A stretch of 64,000 bases of DNA from Toensbergia leucococca. Its lineage: Eukaryota. The position numbers and the translations under genes were made by a program. Each line of letters starts with the position of its first letter. The stretch's first letter is position 1. Of the stretch, positions 1 to 11,879 are shown piece by piece. Location: assembly GCA_022813965.1 (NCBI GenBank), contig JALDZS010000080.1, forward strand, positions 1-64,000, read 5' to 3'. The notes under the pieces were generated by a model that searched no databases, was not told the DNA's origin, and worked only from the letters and a program-made list of their open reading frames with translations.

Positions 1-170
1 GTTTGACCTCCTTTTCTGTTGTCTGTAGTATGTCCTATCCCGTTCGTTATGGGTATATCCTCCTTGTCGGCTAATCTTGCGCTGGTTCTTCTAGTAGACC
101 GTCGCGATTCACTCATGATATGTGTATTAGAAAGGAGTTGTAGCGGAGAGCGGGTCGCGTAGGCTGTCAT
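1..170 (-). CDS. 5' end of a gene running off the window, possibly a kinetochore Mis13/Dsn1-like N-terminus
   Basis: Minus-strand frame is open to the window edge: MTAYATRSPLQLLSNTHIMSESRRSTRRTSARLADKED... The 'RSPLQ...RRxSARL' pattern recalls fungal Mis13/Dsn1 N-termini, but no domain is visible in the window. Confidence 0.3.
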   Translation of the reverse strand, partial: MTAYATRSPLQLLSNTHIMSESRRSTRRTSARLADKEDIPITNGIGHTTDNRKGGQ

Positions 171-670
171 TGATGCTCCTGAGGCTATGTTTGGCGCGTG
201 GGTATTAAGTTGGTGTCGCGGCTTGTTGATAAGGATAATCGAGTCGATATAGACGGTGTTTGCGAACACATGAATTGGTTGAGCGAAAGATCTGGTTAGT
301 TCCCAGTCGGCGCGACTCGAGATACCGAAGGCTGTCGGTGTTGATTGATGAAATCCATGTGGGTGGTTGAGTCCACAATGTTTTGGTCTTGGCGCGCCCG
401 CTCAAGGCTAAGCGAAAGAGGAATGGTGCCGAGGTCAAACTTTCTGCGATATTCGTACGATTCCACCATCCATTCAAGTTTAGAACTCTGAGATGATTTC
501 TATTGTGAAAAATGGTGTTCGTCAATCTCGATACTTGAAAACTGCAAGCTACTCTAGTTCTACTATTGGCACATCAAGCTTTTGTGTGCCCTGACCTTGC
601 TTGATATGTGGGCATGAAGAAGCCTTTCATAGCACGTTACTTCATGACTTTCAATCCTACAACAAGCCCT

Positions 671-3600
671 TCATGGTATGCTCATATTCATCCCAGAATC
701 AAGTTCGGGTGAATCCGGTGCCAGGCTACCCTCTATTCTCCTCTTCGCTTCTTGCCTCTCCTCCATTGTGACATTCTCTTCTTTCTTCCTCATATCAGGC
801 GTGTACTGTGGCTGTTCGGGATGATGGCCGATGGACATGCCAACGCGAAGCTGGAAATATTCAAGTCAGCCAAATCATCTGGAAACCTGTTGCCGGAACT
901 ACAAACTAATGTTTCCAAAGCACCGTTGGAATTGTCAATCAGGTCGTTATCAAATTTCATAGCACCAGGTTCGAAGAGAACTAAGAGGGTACTCCCTCCG
1001 AATTTGAAATAGCCAAGCTCCTCTGCTCTGCCCACCCTCTCGCCAGCTTTTCGAGTTATAACAGTACTACCAACCATCATTGCCCCAACACAGATGACCA
1101 TGACTCTTCCATGAGCTACAGAATCAATTGGCACAACGACTCGGACGTTCTCGCCATACACGTCCAATGCGGATCGGATAGCCATGGGGTTGACCGTATA
1201 GTATTCTCCAGAGATCAGTTTGGGCTGATCCATAATCCCGTCGACAGGCACGTGGAAGCGATGGTAATCCTGCGGGGCAAGTCGGAAAATTCCCAAAGCG
1301 CCATTCACGTACCGTAGTGCATCTTGAGGATAGGCATCTCCTAGTAGATGAGCAATCGAGAACTCTCGTCCCTTCACCCAGATCTTGGTAGCCTCTTCCA
1401 TTCGATTGAACACAACAGAGCGACAATCAGCAGGTGACACAATAATCCTAGGGTTTTCTGGAGCCGAACAAGGTCTTGCGTCTGGCTTTAGCGCACGAAA
1501 GAAAAATTCGTTAAAATTCTTAAACTGCTCAACAGGCTTGAGGACTTCGGACATATCGAGCTGGTGAAAATTGACGAAAGTCCGAATCATGCGTGCCGAA
1601 GCTGGATCATCATATTTCTTGCCTTGTTTGACACTCAGTGACTTTAGTAGTTTTCGGACTGTTGACCATTAGCATGACCTTTGTATCTCCGTGAGGCATG
1701 GCATTACTTCTCTTCTTCTCCATCTCTCTACTCTTTAAGCCTTTGTACATGAGACGAATTCCTAGTCTTACGTAGACACTCATCCTCTCCTCGTTTATCT
1801 GCCCGCTGATCCTGTCCTGCACTAGGATGTTGGCAGAGTTGGCACCTAATTTATATCCACCGTAAGAAATCTTGGTAATGACTTTGGAATACCACTTCCG
1901 TTGTGCCTGGCTAGATGTCACAAAACCAGCCATGACAATATTATTCACTTGTCTCCAGTCTTGACTAGCACATGTTGCGATGTGAGTGATGATATCTGCG
2001 TCTGACCTCTTGTTCAATCGAGGTTGATGACAGAGTGGACATTCCCGGATCTCAATCACATGTTCTTCATCCCGCTCATCCATAAGATCATCCCGGTCCA
2101 GGAGCTCACCCGTTTCACCTTTAGCACCTAGGTAGTCTTGCACAATTGCCGGAATCTCGGAGCGACCTGGCTGATTGTTCAATGGAACATCCAAGTCTTC
2201 TTCCATTGCAGGTGTCTCTGTCCCATTGCTATCTGTTCCATGACCAGTCTTCTCCTTATAACTGATAGTTGTGAAATGGGCGTTAGGCATGTACCCCATC
2301 ACGGTATCACTCCATGTTTTCTTCTGCGTTGATTTCTGCAACTGATCCTCTAAACAGATCACGGCCTCATCGAACGTCAAGTCCATACATCCCTCATCTT
2401 GGGCTTCAGGATTCTTTGCGAATCTTTGGAAGAAGCCATCAATAGTAGACTCCTTCAGCGTCGAGCCGAGGGTATCTAACATAGTAGTCAACTCAACTTT
2501 ACTGAGTAGAGAGCTCTCATCCGCATCATACTGCTTAAGCATTACTCGCCAAAATTGCTGTCGTAGGGCAGGGTAGGGTAAGTATTTTGCCTTGATGTAT
2601 AGCTGGGGATTATGTTTAGTCTCCCAGCGGTCTTTATTCTTCAGAATGAGAGAAATGATGTGTGGTTTAAGGTCAGGATCGTCAGGATGTTGATGGAGAT
2701 CGTCCCCTGATTCTTGCCCAGGGTGAGAATTAACTAGTGTTAGATGATTAGAATCAACCGGTACGCTAGTTGATGGTAAAGAAACTGTGTCTGGTTGCGA
2801 GGTAAAGGACAGTGAGTGCTGAGAGTTTCTCGTCATTAAACCGGGTCTCGTAAGCTTATTCAGGCTTGTAGATGAAGAGGACCGGGATATAGGCAACCTG
2901 AACCTGGATTTACTTGGAACGGCTGGTAACGCCGTAGGCTCGGGTGGTTCGGGTAAATGATACAATCCTGTCTCGGGATCTGCCTCAGGAGCGGTAGCGG
3001 TCACTTCAGATAGAGGAATACTGGCTGTGCCGACGAAATCGTTGCCAGATAATTTATCCCTGTCCACCACAGAGAAGCTCAATGCATATGTCTGCTCATG
3101 CCGCATTACTTGGAAGACCATTTTTTCTTCGAAAACAGGGTTCAAATTATGACGAATAACACGAGTGCGGTAGGTCTTTCGACCAAGAGAGGCAACTACG
3201 AAAGGGTCCATATCGAAAGAGGTCCTTGTCACTACACCAAGTCAGCATATTACCTTTGCGTGCTCTTAAGATAGATTCTTACTATTTCTTTCAGGAGGAA
3301 GATCGGTAATCTTTCCAATTTCGAGGAACACTATTCCAACCACATCGGTTCCGCCACTGAATTCATACGCCATAGCTTTAGTCTTTCTCCTTAGTCTAGC
3401 CAGCCTTAGCTTCTTCTTTCGCTTCTCTGCAACTCCTAGCTTAGCTGGATCGTCTGTTTCATCGGATGTTTCGAAATTATTTTCCTCGTCATCGTCATTG
3501 ATGCTGTCCAGCCTAAGTATCTCGTCGTCGTCCTCGCCCTCTTCCCCGAGACTGGTAGCTGCCATTGCCATAAACTTTTGTAAGATGTCTTGAGAGAATG

Positions 3601-4311
3601 CTAAAGGCTTTGCGGGGTCTGCGAGGGTAAACTGGAGCTGAACCTCCCCAGCAGTAATTGTGCGCCTCTTCTTCGCTCCTTTCTGCTTCGACTTTAGGGG
3701 GTACCATTTTGGCTAGGAAGATCAGCATACAATCAATAATTTATTTGCAATAAAATACAGTACCTCTTGCGTCACCAAGCCATTGGCAAATATATCCTCG
3801 AGGGCAATTTCAAATTCACCCAAGTAGTCTTTCCCAAAGTGATGCCTATTCCAGCATATACCTTCTAGCAATAGACTTTGAACCCCGGTTATGGGCATAT
3901 CAAAGGATACATTCCATTCCGGACTGGAAGTCCTGCTAACCGTGGGAGTGGACTGTCTTGCATCGCCAAGTATCAAGACGAGGAACTTGCGATGACCAAT
4001 GTCAGCCATAAATTAAGCAGATGATATCGAGGAAGCTACGAACTGGATCATTGGTGTTGCTCTTGTCCTTGGTAGCCAGGTGTCTTGCCTATAGTTGATA
4101 GACGTGAGTAGGTTTTGATGAATCAGCCTAGAGACTTTGCCCGACTCAGTACCTTCAATACGGTAGACCTGAGGACAAGACCCTTTCCATCACTAGGATT
4201 CCGAACAGGACTCGAGCTCCTACTTGGTGCTTGGCTTCCTCCACCGGTTCCAGTCTTGCTATTGTTACCGGTGTGGCCTTTGAGCCGATTAGGCAGGTAG
4301 ATATGAACCAT
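671..4311 (-). CDS. PSD2: Phosphatidylserine decarboxylase 2 (C2 domains + PSD domain), multi-exon
   Basis: C2 domains (SSPEWNVSFD; MDPFVVASLGRKTYRTRVIRHNLNPVFEE), FNEFFFRALKPDARP, RLAPQDYHRFH and the FKFGGST autocleavage motif. GT-AG introns join ORFs 4123-4338, 3722-4009, 3266-3571, 1610-3232 and 790-1590. The last exon LRVGMSIGH...MSIP* ends at 671. Confidence 0.95.
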
Positions 4312-4826
4312 GGCGTAAGACAACGGGGCAATATACAAGGAGACCTTTAGATGTAGTAAATGAAAGGTCGAATGATGGTAGGAGCTTCGATCTGAGATGA
4401 TTGATATGTGGACTGAGATCTGTCTAAAGTAAAATCTCGCCTGCCAATGCAGACGCCGCTTCCTCTATGAAGAAGGCGTGACAGACATGTCCCGGAGACG
4501 GCGGAAAACTTGAAAAAGAAAAAGCAGAGCACTTTCAGCTCCTCGGCCAATCACATAACATGTTGTCATCGGAGGTTCTTCGCCAAGCTGGCTACGTATG
4601 GCAGCTGTGCTCACGGAGTATTGACAGATGCACGCTTAAAGAGGGGCCACCCGGATCATAGATGCCCCCAAGACAAGCTTTGTGGCGTTTTTGGAGAAAC
4701 CAGATTTCCAGCTAGATACGAAGTACCGTAGTTCGGAATTTACACGACGCATATAATTAAATACTCCGTAGCTGACTAGCTGACACATCATTGAAACCTT
4801 TGGCCAAGACAAATCCAGCCACGGCC

Positions 4827-5968
4827 ATGGATCCCTTTTCAGCAGAAGGAGGTCTGTATGCACAATGTCTGCTTCTACCTAAGGGAGAGAAGACACTGAT
4901 AACGCTAGCAGAGCTTTTGAATATCAACAATGCCTTCAACCAAGGTCAATACCAGAACGTAATCGATTTCGACATCTCTGCATTTGCTACCGAAAATGCC
5001 CTAGCCGCAAGGGTCCTTCAATTGCGTGCTCAAATTGCCAGTGGTCAGTCCGATGAAGTCCTTGCAGAAGTAGAAGGTGAGGATGATGTGCCGGACTTGG
5101 CCGCTGTGAAGGCTCTCGCACAGTACGCGGCAGGAAACGCTTCTGAGGCTATCAAAGGGGCGGAAGCTTTGATTGCGGTGGCCTCGAGCAATTCTACGGT
5201 ACAGATACTGGGAGGGACAATATTGCAGGCTGCAGGTAAAAGCGAAGAAGCTCTGTCACTTTTGTCAAAGCATCAGGGAAACCTTGAAGCGTAAGTTGAC
5301 AGTCTGAAAATGGCTGCTGAGTATTCAAGTGTCATAGCTAAGAATTGCTCCATTAGCGTTGCCTTGATTGTTCAGATACACCTGCAGCAGAATCGGACGG
5401 AATCTGCCATGAAGGAGGTCCAAGCTGCACGGAAATGGGGTCAGGATAGCTTGTTAGTAAACATTGCAGAATCTTGGGTGGGCTTAAGAGTAGTATGTGT
5501 GGCTTGCACTGATTATTGAGATTAAACAGTAGTTACTGATGCTGCCCGCTTTTACAGGGAGGAGGCGAGAAATATCAACAAGCATTCTACGAATTTGAGG
5601 CAATGGCACAAGCACCGTCAAACCTCGCCTCAAAGGGTCTCACCTGTCAAGCGGTTGCAGAAATACATCTTGGAAGGCTGCCAGAAGCCGAAGCAGCACT
5701 ACAACAAGCCCTGAAAAATGACCCCAAGGACGCTGAAGCTATCGTGAATTCCATTGTGCTTGATTTCATTTCTGGGAAGGAGAATTTGGACCTTGTTAAG
5801 TAAGCTGGCTGACAGGCTCCGTATCGCCGGCCAGAGAGCTGCCGCTAAGTTTTATTCAGATCTCTTCATTCAATATCCCCTGAGCATATCCACTTGACAG
5901 ATTTGAAGGAGAAAAGCGCTCTGTTCGATCAAGCAGCAACCAAGTACTCGGCAAAGGTAGCGTCATGA
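4827..5968 (+). CDS. SEC28: Coatomer subunit epsilon (TPR), multi-exon
   Basis: MDPFSAEG|ELLNINNAFNQGQYQNVID, HQGNLEA|VALIVQIHLQQNR, QDSLLVNIAESWVGLR, GEKYQQAFYEFE, LGRLPEAEAAL; ends KYSAKVAS*. Confidence 0.92.
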
Positions 5969-8410
5969 GAAACTCGGATGATTTGGCAACAAACCCGTGG
6001 TACTCGTTGTTCTATCGGCATGTACAAGTTTGGATTGATCCCAAACGGACGTTTTGTCCACGGGTTAAGTCGCTAGACTTCTCATATTAGCGGGCGTTGT
6101 CTCGGCATTTCCCTCGCAAGATCGACGTTTTATTACATCTGAAGATCTGAGCAAGTGAATCGGTGTCTCAGGTCGATCCACGGGAAGTGAAATGCTGGTT
6201 CATAGTCGTAGACTCCGAGTCTTAATCATTCGAAGAAAGTGTGACAAGAAGCAACACCTTATACCTCAGAAGAGAAGACCAATACGGGAATCTTTTGTTA
6301 AGCCCCTTATCTCTTTGGTCATCCAAAGGCACGTGGAGGTTTCACCATGAAATACATCACAACTCACCCATCAGTGCAGTACAATAAAATCCCAAGTCAC
6401 TTCTTGATGTCGTCACTAGAGTACAGTGTGAAAACTTCCAAGCATTCATTTCACCATCTATTTTGGGGCTTTGCAGTCAAGGCAGTCATCGTCATTGGAT
6501 GTACGCTTCTCATCTTGGTGCCATATTTCCTAGCTAGACCCCTTACACTGAAAAGCCATCTCAAGCTTGCGTCAAGTCCACATAAGTCCGCCGCTCAACC
6601 AAGAGTACTGATCAGGCCCTTTACGCCGTTCATTGCTGAAAACATCAATGGCTCTGAGAAAACTGTAAGAAGCCTTTTCTTTCGCCTTTTGCAGACCATT
6701 AACAATCACACTTCCGGGGTCATTTGTCTTCGGACCCACCAGGCGTGGGACGTGATCATGATCCCCAGCAACCTCCTTCAGATCGGGAAAGCACGACTAT
6801 ATGATGCAAGAAGGCCCAGTGAAGATTGTCCACGCCAGCTCCATTAGCAGTTTCATGACTTGAACCACGCATCTTACAAAAGCTCTCTTGCCGTTGGTCT
6901 ATCCCTTGGGTCCAATTTCATCATTTTGGCGATGAAGTCCCTGTCCGGCCGTGCCAATTCATCATCTTCGCAGATAGAAAACGGAAGCCACTTTTTGTTC
7001 TCACAAATGTAATCAATTGCGCCTGTACAGAATGTTCGGCGTTCTGCGTTCGCGATCTCCTCAAGATTGTCATTGAAAGGCCCAAAGTGTCTAAGTTGCT
7101 CAACAAAAACCCAAAACGCATAATATTCATTGTCAAAGGAAACATTGACTGGGACACAAATGTGCCAGTCTCCACCAAATATAAGACTGATCAGCTACGC
7201 AGGTCAGTATGACATATCTAGCAGAAAGTTTCATGAATAACATACTGTTGCACCAAGAGACCATATATCTGTCGGCGGTCCCCATCTACGATTCAACTGT
7301 GCCTCCGGACTTCTGAATACTACTGAGCTGATTACATAACCTTCTTTATGAGGATCCGCGTTTGGATAGAATCAATACGTATTGCCGCAATCTCCCAGTG
7401 CAACTTTACTAGAGCGGGTCCCGTCATTGCCATAGTTGATGAGAACGTTGTCAGGCTTAACGTCTGAGTCAAAATTTAGATTAGAACAGTACTTGACTGA
7501 GTGTAAAATGGTGGTTACTAACCAGTGTGCACAATACTCTCCTCATGAAGCACTGCGAGCGCTTCAAGTACAGTGCGAGCTACAACTTTCACATCTGAGC
7601 TTTCCAATCTTTTCTGACTACATACGTCCAAGACATTGTCGTCTAGGTACTCTAGTACCAACGAGGGAGCATTTTCAATGTTATCAATCATCTAACGAAT
7701 ACATGAGTGATTCTACACGATCTTGAGGAACTCGCGCTCAATGTTCAAGAGGTGTGGTAGGGCTCTCTTGATGACAACCGGGCGAGCAATCTCATCACTG
7801 TCGCCTGATCAGCAGCCCTTATTCAAGGTGGGAATGAATGAAAAGGCAGCTCACATACCTAGCTGCTCTACCGCCAGCGAGGCAGTAACCTTGCCAGTCA
7901 TGCGCAAGTTGAGCGGTACGACGCATGCGAGTATGACAAGGAGCTGACTGACGATGGAATGCCAGTGTTGACCTCTCAAGTACCTGAAAGCCATTGACCA
8001 AATAGGGGTCAGAGGTTTTACGCCGTCTTCACTTAGGTAGTGAGGGCTCTAGTTAGTAGAAAAGGGCCGGTCCACATTTCCAAACGATGCATTTTGTCTC
8101 TTTTGACTAATGAATGCTTAAGGCTTTCTATCACGGTCATAGCAAAGATAGACAGCTTCTGAAATCTCTGCTGGTCTTGGTGCGAAGCCGTGGAAGAGTT
8201 TAGTCTCGGGAACCGAAGAATTCTTAAACAGCCACAACGAGGATTTCTTGATAGGTATACGTTACACCTAACAGGGCTGCGGGAGGATCAGGATTCACGA
8301 TGGTGATAAAGTAGGAAGGCGAAAAATTAAGGTTGGTGCCGGAGACACGAAGGTGGAGGAGGGTGAGATGGATGTGAAAGGGATGACACGTGTGCGATTT
8401 ATAAAGGAGC

Positions 8411-8728
8411 AGAGAACACAAATCCCACTACACCATTGTACCAGCGCCACTAGGAATCGAACCTAATATGAGATTATGACCCTACCTACGCACCGATTAC
8501 ACTACGACGGCGCCCCGGCGTCGAGTCCAAGGTAATTCTTGTCTCACCTCACAACACATCGGGGGATGGAACAGGGGCTCGGGGGCTCGGGGGGGTCCAA
8601 CCCCACTCTCGGCAAAGGACTTGAACCGAACGTAGGTAATGGCGCTGCCAAGAGAACACAAAACCCACTACACCATTGTACCAGCGCCATTACGAATCGA
8701 ACCTAAGTAATATGAGATTATGACCCTA
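8411..8728. repeat. Imperfect ~75 bp direct repeat (8411-8484 and 8651-8728) made of tRNA-like sequence
   Basis: agagaacacaaa[t/a]cccactacaccattgtaccagcgcca[c/t]ta[g/c]gaatcgaacctaa[gtaa]tatgagattatgacccta occurs twice, 240 bp apart. Confidence 0.85.
8442..8514 (-). pseudogene. Degenerate tRNA-Met(CAT)-like sequence (tRNA pseudogene or SINE head)
   Basis: Minus strand: acceptor GGCGCCG/TGGCGCT pairs, T-arm TTAGG-TTCGATT-CCTAG (B-box), and CATAA at the anticodon position. The D and anticodon stems pair poorly. Confidence 0.35.
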
Positions 8729-8954
8729 AGGTAGCTACAGGAGCTCGAGGAGAAAGATAAATGGCGCCACCAGCGCGTGACTGCCTACCTGCAAACCTAG
8801 TCAAGTGACTCAAAGCATTCTAAATCTCTGAAAAATACTTCTCATCATAACGCCCTCTTCTGCGCCTCTCGTCGAAGCAGATGAATTGAACTCCCGAGCC
8901 AATCTCAAGGTTCCCAACATAGACTTTACGGGAGGGGCTCATTCATCGGATAAT

Positions 8955-10184
8955 ATGGGTACTAAGCGGAAGATCATCTGCTTCTCTGGTATGGTCTACT
9001 CAAGCGGTGTCAATGTGCCTCTGATCGAGCTTTGTCTTACTGACCTTGGTGGTGATTCTCAGACTTCGATGGCACGATTTTCATGCAAGACACTAGGCAT
9101 GTCCTATTTGACAATCACGGCTGTGGCCCGGAACGAAGGGAGGTGCTCGATGAGCAGGTTAAAACTGGGGAGCGATCTTTCAAGGAGGTCTCTGAGGAGA
9201 TGTGGGGTTCATTGGACGTGAGCGGATTTGTTAATAAAGTCTTTGTTGTTTTTAATTGATTCGGGATAGGTGCCTTTCGATCGATCTTTCAAGGAGGTCT
9301 CTGAGGAGATGTGGGGTTCATTGGACCTGAGCGGATTTGTTAAAAAAGACTTTGTTGTTTTCATTTGATTCGGGATAGGTGCCTTTCGAAAATGGCTTCA
9401 AAGTCATGGAGACCGCTCTCGACATTAACCCAGACTTTCAAGCCTTCCACAAATTCTGTTTTGACAATAACATATCTTTTAATGTCATCTCCGCTGGCTT
9501 AAAGCCAACTCCCCGGCGAGTCCAAGACCAGTTCCTTGGTGAGGAAGAGGTGAGCCACTACCAGATACTGAGAGTACCAATATCAGCTGAAAGCTTTAGT
9601 CTGCACATATCGACATTGTCGCCAATGAAGCCGAGATAACGCCAGACGGCTCTGATTGGAAGCCAGTCTGGCGTCCCGACTGCGATCTCGGCCGTGACAA
9701 AGCTCGCTCCATCCTCGAGTATCGTGACGGCGTGAAATTCGAGAGCAAACAAGGAACAATTCCTTTAATCATTTTCATTGGAGATGGTGTTTCCGATCTG
9801 CCTGCTGCACGCCAGGCCGACGTCCTGTTCGCTCGCAAAGGACTACGACTAGAGCAATACTGTATCGAGAACAAGATTTCCTACTTACCTTTCGACACAT
9901 TTGCAGATATCCAGCATGAGGTAACGAGAATTATGAAGGATGATTAGGAGAAGACTGGTGGGAAGGGCTTTCCGGCCAAATTCAATCCGCATGCTCACAT
10001 GTGGAGGCGTCTCTCGAGCAGGGCATCTGGAAGTTCCTTTACCAACCGTGTGCAATGCTACGCCTCATTAAAGATTCCTCTGTATATTGCAGCGACACCG
10101 AAGAAAGAGGAGAAAATGTTTCTATGGCCAGAAGCCTTCTTCGAGTATCAGATAAAGGAAAGTACTGCTGCGATCGCCGCGTAG
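8955..10184 (+). pseudogene. HAD-superfamily phosphatase (MtnX / yeast YNL010W-like), probably disrupted or truncated
   Basis: MGTKRKIICFS|DFDGTIFMQDT (HAD motif I), ISAGLKP, FIGDGVSDLPAARQADVLFAR (motif IV). In-frame TAG at 9945-9947 precedes EKTGGKGFPAKFNP...KEEKMFLWPE. Tandem duplication at 9173-9389. Confidence 0.75.
9173..9389 (+). repeat. 108-bp tandem duplication spanning an exon end plus intron
   Basis: cgatctttcaaggaggtctctgaggag...gggataggtgcctttcga at 9173-9280 and 9282-9389, with a few substitutions including donor GTGAGC->CTGAGC in copy 2. Confidence 0.95.
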
Positions 10185-10562
10185 AAATACACATTACCAT
10201 GGATCTGCTTCCTGGACTAATCTACGAGATTACAGCATTGGAGGGACTTTACGAGCATGAAAGACTGATACTACACAATTTAATTTTAAATTTGTGGAAT
10301 GTTTAGCTTTTACTCTAACCAACAATACCCAGCTACTGTGTATCAACCTGCGGAACCTCAGCACACTAGCACTAGATTCAGAATAGATAGTTTTTTGCTT
10401 ACAAGACAGTACTTCCGAGCACAGAGTCTTCAGTGTTGACAGTATCGATGTGGTGGTGTTCACTGAAAGAGAGATTTCTATGTCTTTTTAGAACAGCAAG
10501 CTCGATTTCTACGTGCCGAAACCCAAGTATAGCGACAACATCTTTTCCTTTTTTGTCCTGAA

Positions 10563-11789
10563 CTACATTTCTCCACCTCTTGCTGTGTTTTCCGGGTTTG
10601 TTTCGGAGTACAATGGAGGAATCGATTTAGGCTTCTGTGAGTACAATACTCGATAGGACTTCTGCCAGCCAAGTACAAGTTCGTCTATGGATTTGCGGTC
10701 AAGACCAGCTAGGACTGTAGGGAAGAAATTGTTGATAGCATGCTTCCACTGTGGAGAAGGAAGAGGACTTGTCACATACGCTGGTGAGCGTGCGAGAGTT
10801 GAAGGCTCTCCCTCCTCATCCGAATCAGTGTATAGCTCAGCACGGAATTGGCACCATTTTTCCCTCCGACTTTCTAATTCCAAGCTTTTAGTACGGCTTT
10901 CTGATACGAGAATGGTTTCAAGAAAGTCGTGGTCTCGTATACCTCTCTCTTGCCCTCGCTCTACGCTTCGATTCGTCGTTGGTATCGGTACTTCTTCATG
11001 CTGCAAAACTGTGCTTGGCGGGATCGAGATAGGTGCTTCTTTCACAGACTCGTTTTGATTTATACTCATAGCATTTGGTGGCGCTGAATTTGATACCTCT
11101 TTCCCTCTTACTACATTATCTGATAAGATGGCAACAAGTGGTAAAGCAATTGGTATTTCGTCCGCCAAACTGTCTTGCTCGACTGTTGTGTTCAGTGGTG
11201 TTATCATTGCTTTCACTTGCGTCGCATGTTCTTGCTTGTCAATTGCTCCTGGTGTTGTTGAAATTGGTAGTCCTTCTCTCATTTGTTCTTGCTTTGAACT
11301 CACAATTATCGGTATCGACCTGAATGTCATGTCTGTCACATTTTCTGGACTCGAAGCTACAACACGTGGCATCACGCTTGTCGACTCTTCCACTATAGTA
11401 TCATCTTCCCAGGCGATTCTTTCTTCTAGTCTCGCTCCGTTTTGGTCAGTATTTGTTGGATTATGCTCTTGTGGGTATGCTGTATGTATGGGTACTGGAA
11501 CTAGCGGTTTAGAAGAAAGCTGCTCTCCAGTATCATTGACTCGATGACTTGATGCACGGTTCCAAGACTCAGGCTCTGGCTGATGTGAATTAGGTAGGGT
11601 CTTGCTTCGCTTCCCAATCAGCGCTTGATGCCACTTGTGGCGTCGATCCCCTGGGACGGTTTGCTGATGTGGATTCTCTAGAATTATTCGCTCATCATGG
11701 CAATTCCACGTTTGCGATTTCACTAGAGGGGTTGATTGCTTGTTGAACATTTTCTCAGTGACGGTACGAATTTTCGATGAATGGAACAT
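10563..11789 (-). CDS. Hypothetical low-complexity/disordered protein
   Basis: 408-aa ATG-initiated ORF, S/T/E/P-rich, with no recognisable domain. Confidence 0.5.
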   Translation of the reverse strand: MFHSSKIRTVTEKMFNKQSTPLVKSQTWNCHDERIILENPHQQTVPGDRRHKWHQALIGKRSKTLPNSHQPEPESWNRASSHRVNDTGEQLSSKPLVPVPIHTAYPQEHNPTNTDQNGARLEERIAWEDDTIVEESTSVMPRVVASSPENVTDMTFRSIPIIVSSKQEQMREGLPISTTPGAIDKQEHATQVKAMITPLNTTVEQDSLADEIPIALPLVAILSDNVVRGKEVSNSAPPNAMSINQNESVKEAPISIPPSTVLQHEEVPIPTTNRSVERGQERGIRDHDFLETILVSESRTKSLELESRREKWCQFRAELYTDSDEEGEPSTLARSPAYVTSPLPSPQWKHAINNFFPTVLAGLDRKSIDELVLGWQKSYRVLYSQKPKSIPPLYSETNPENTARGGEM

Positions 11790-11879
11790 GGCTATTCTTT
11801 GAGCGAGATGCGCATCGTTCCGTCTGGGTGAATGGCCGAATTACTCACTTTATAGATCTCTCAAATACCAGATTCTTTC

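Noticed and set aside
1590..1710. Apparent frameshift between PSD2 ORFs
   Set aside because: Explained by a normal GT-AG intron (about 1659-1707) that restores MEKKR|IRKLLKSLS.
8411..8728. Repeat-spacer-repeat pattern as a CRISPR array
   Set aside because: Only two ~75-bp copies, eukaryotic context, and no cas genes.
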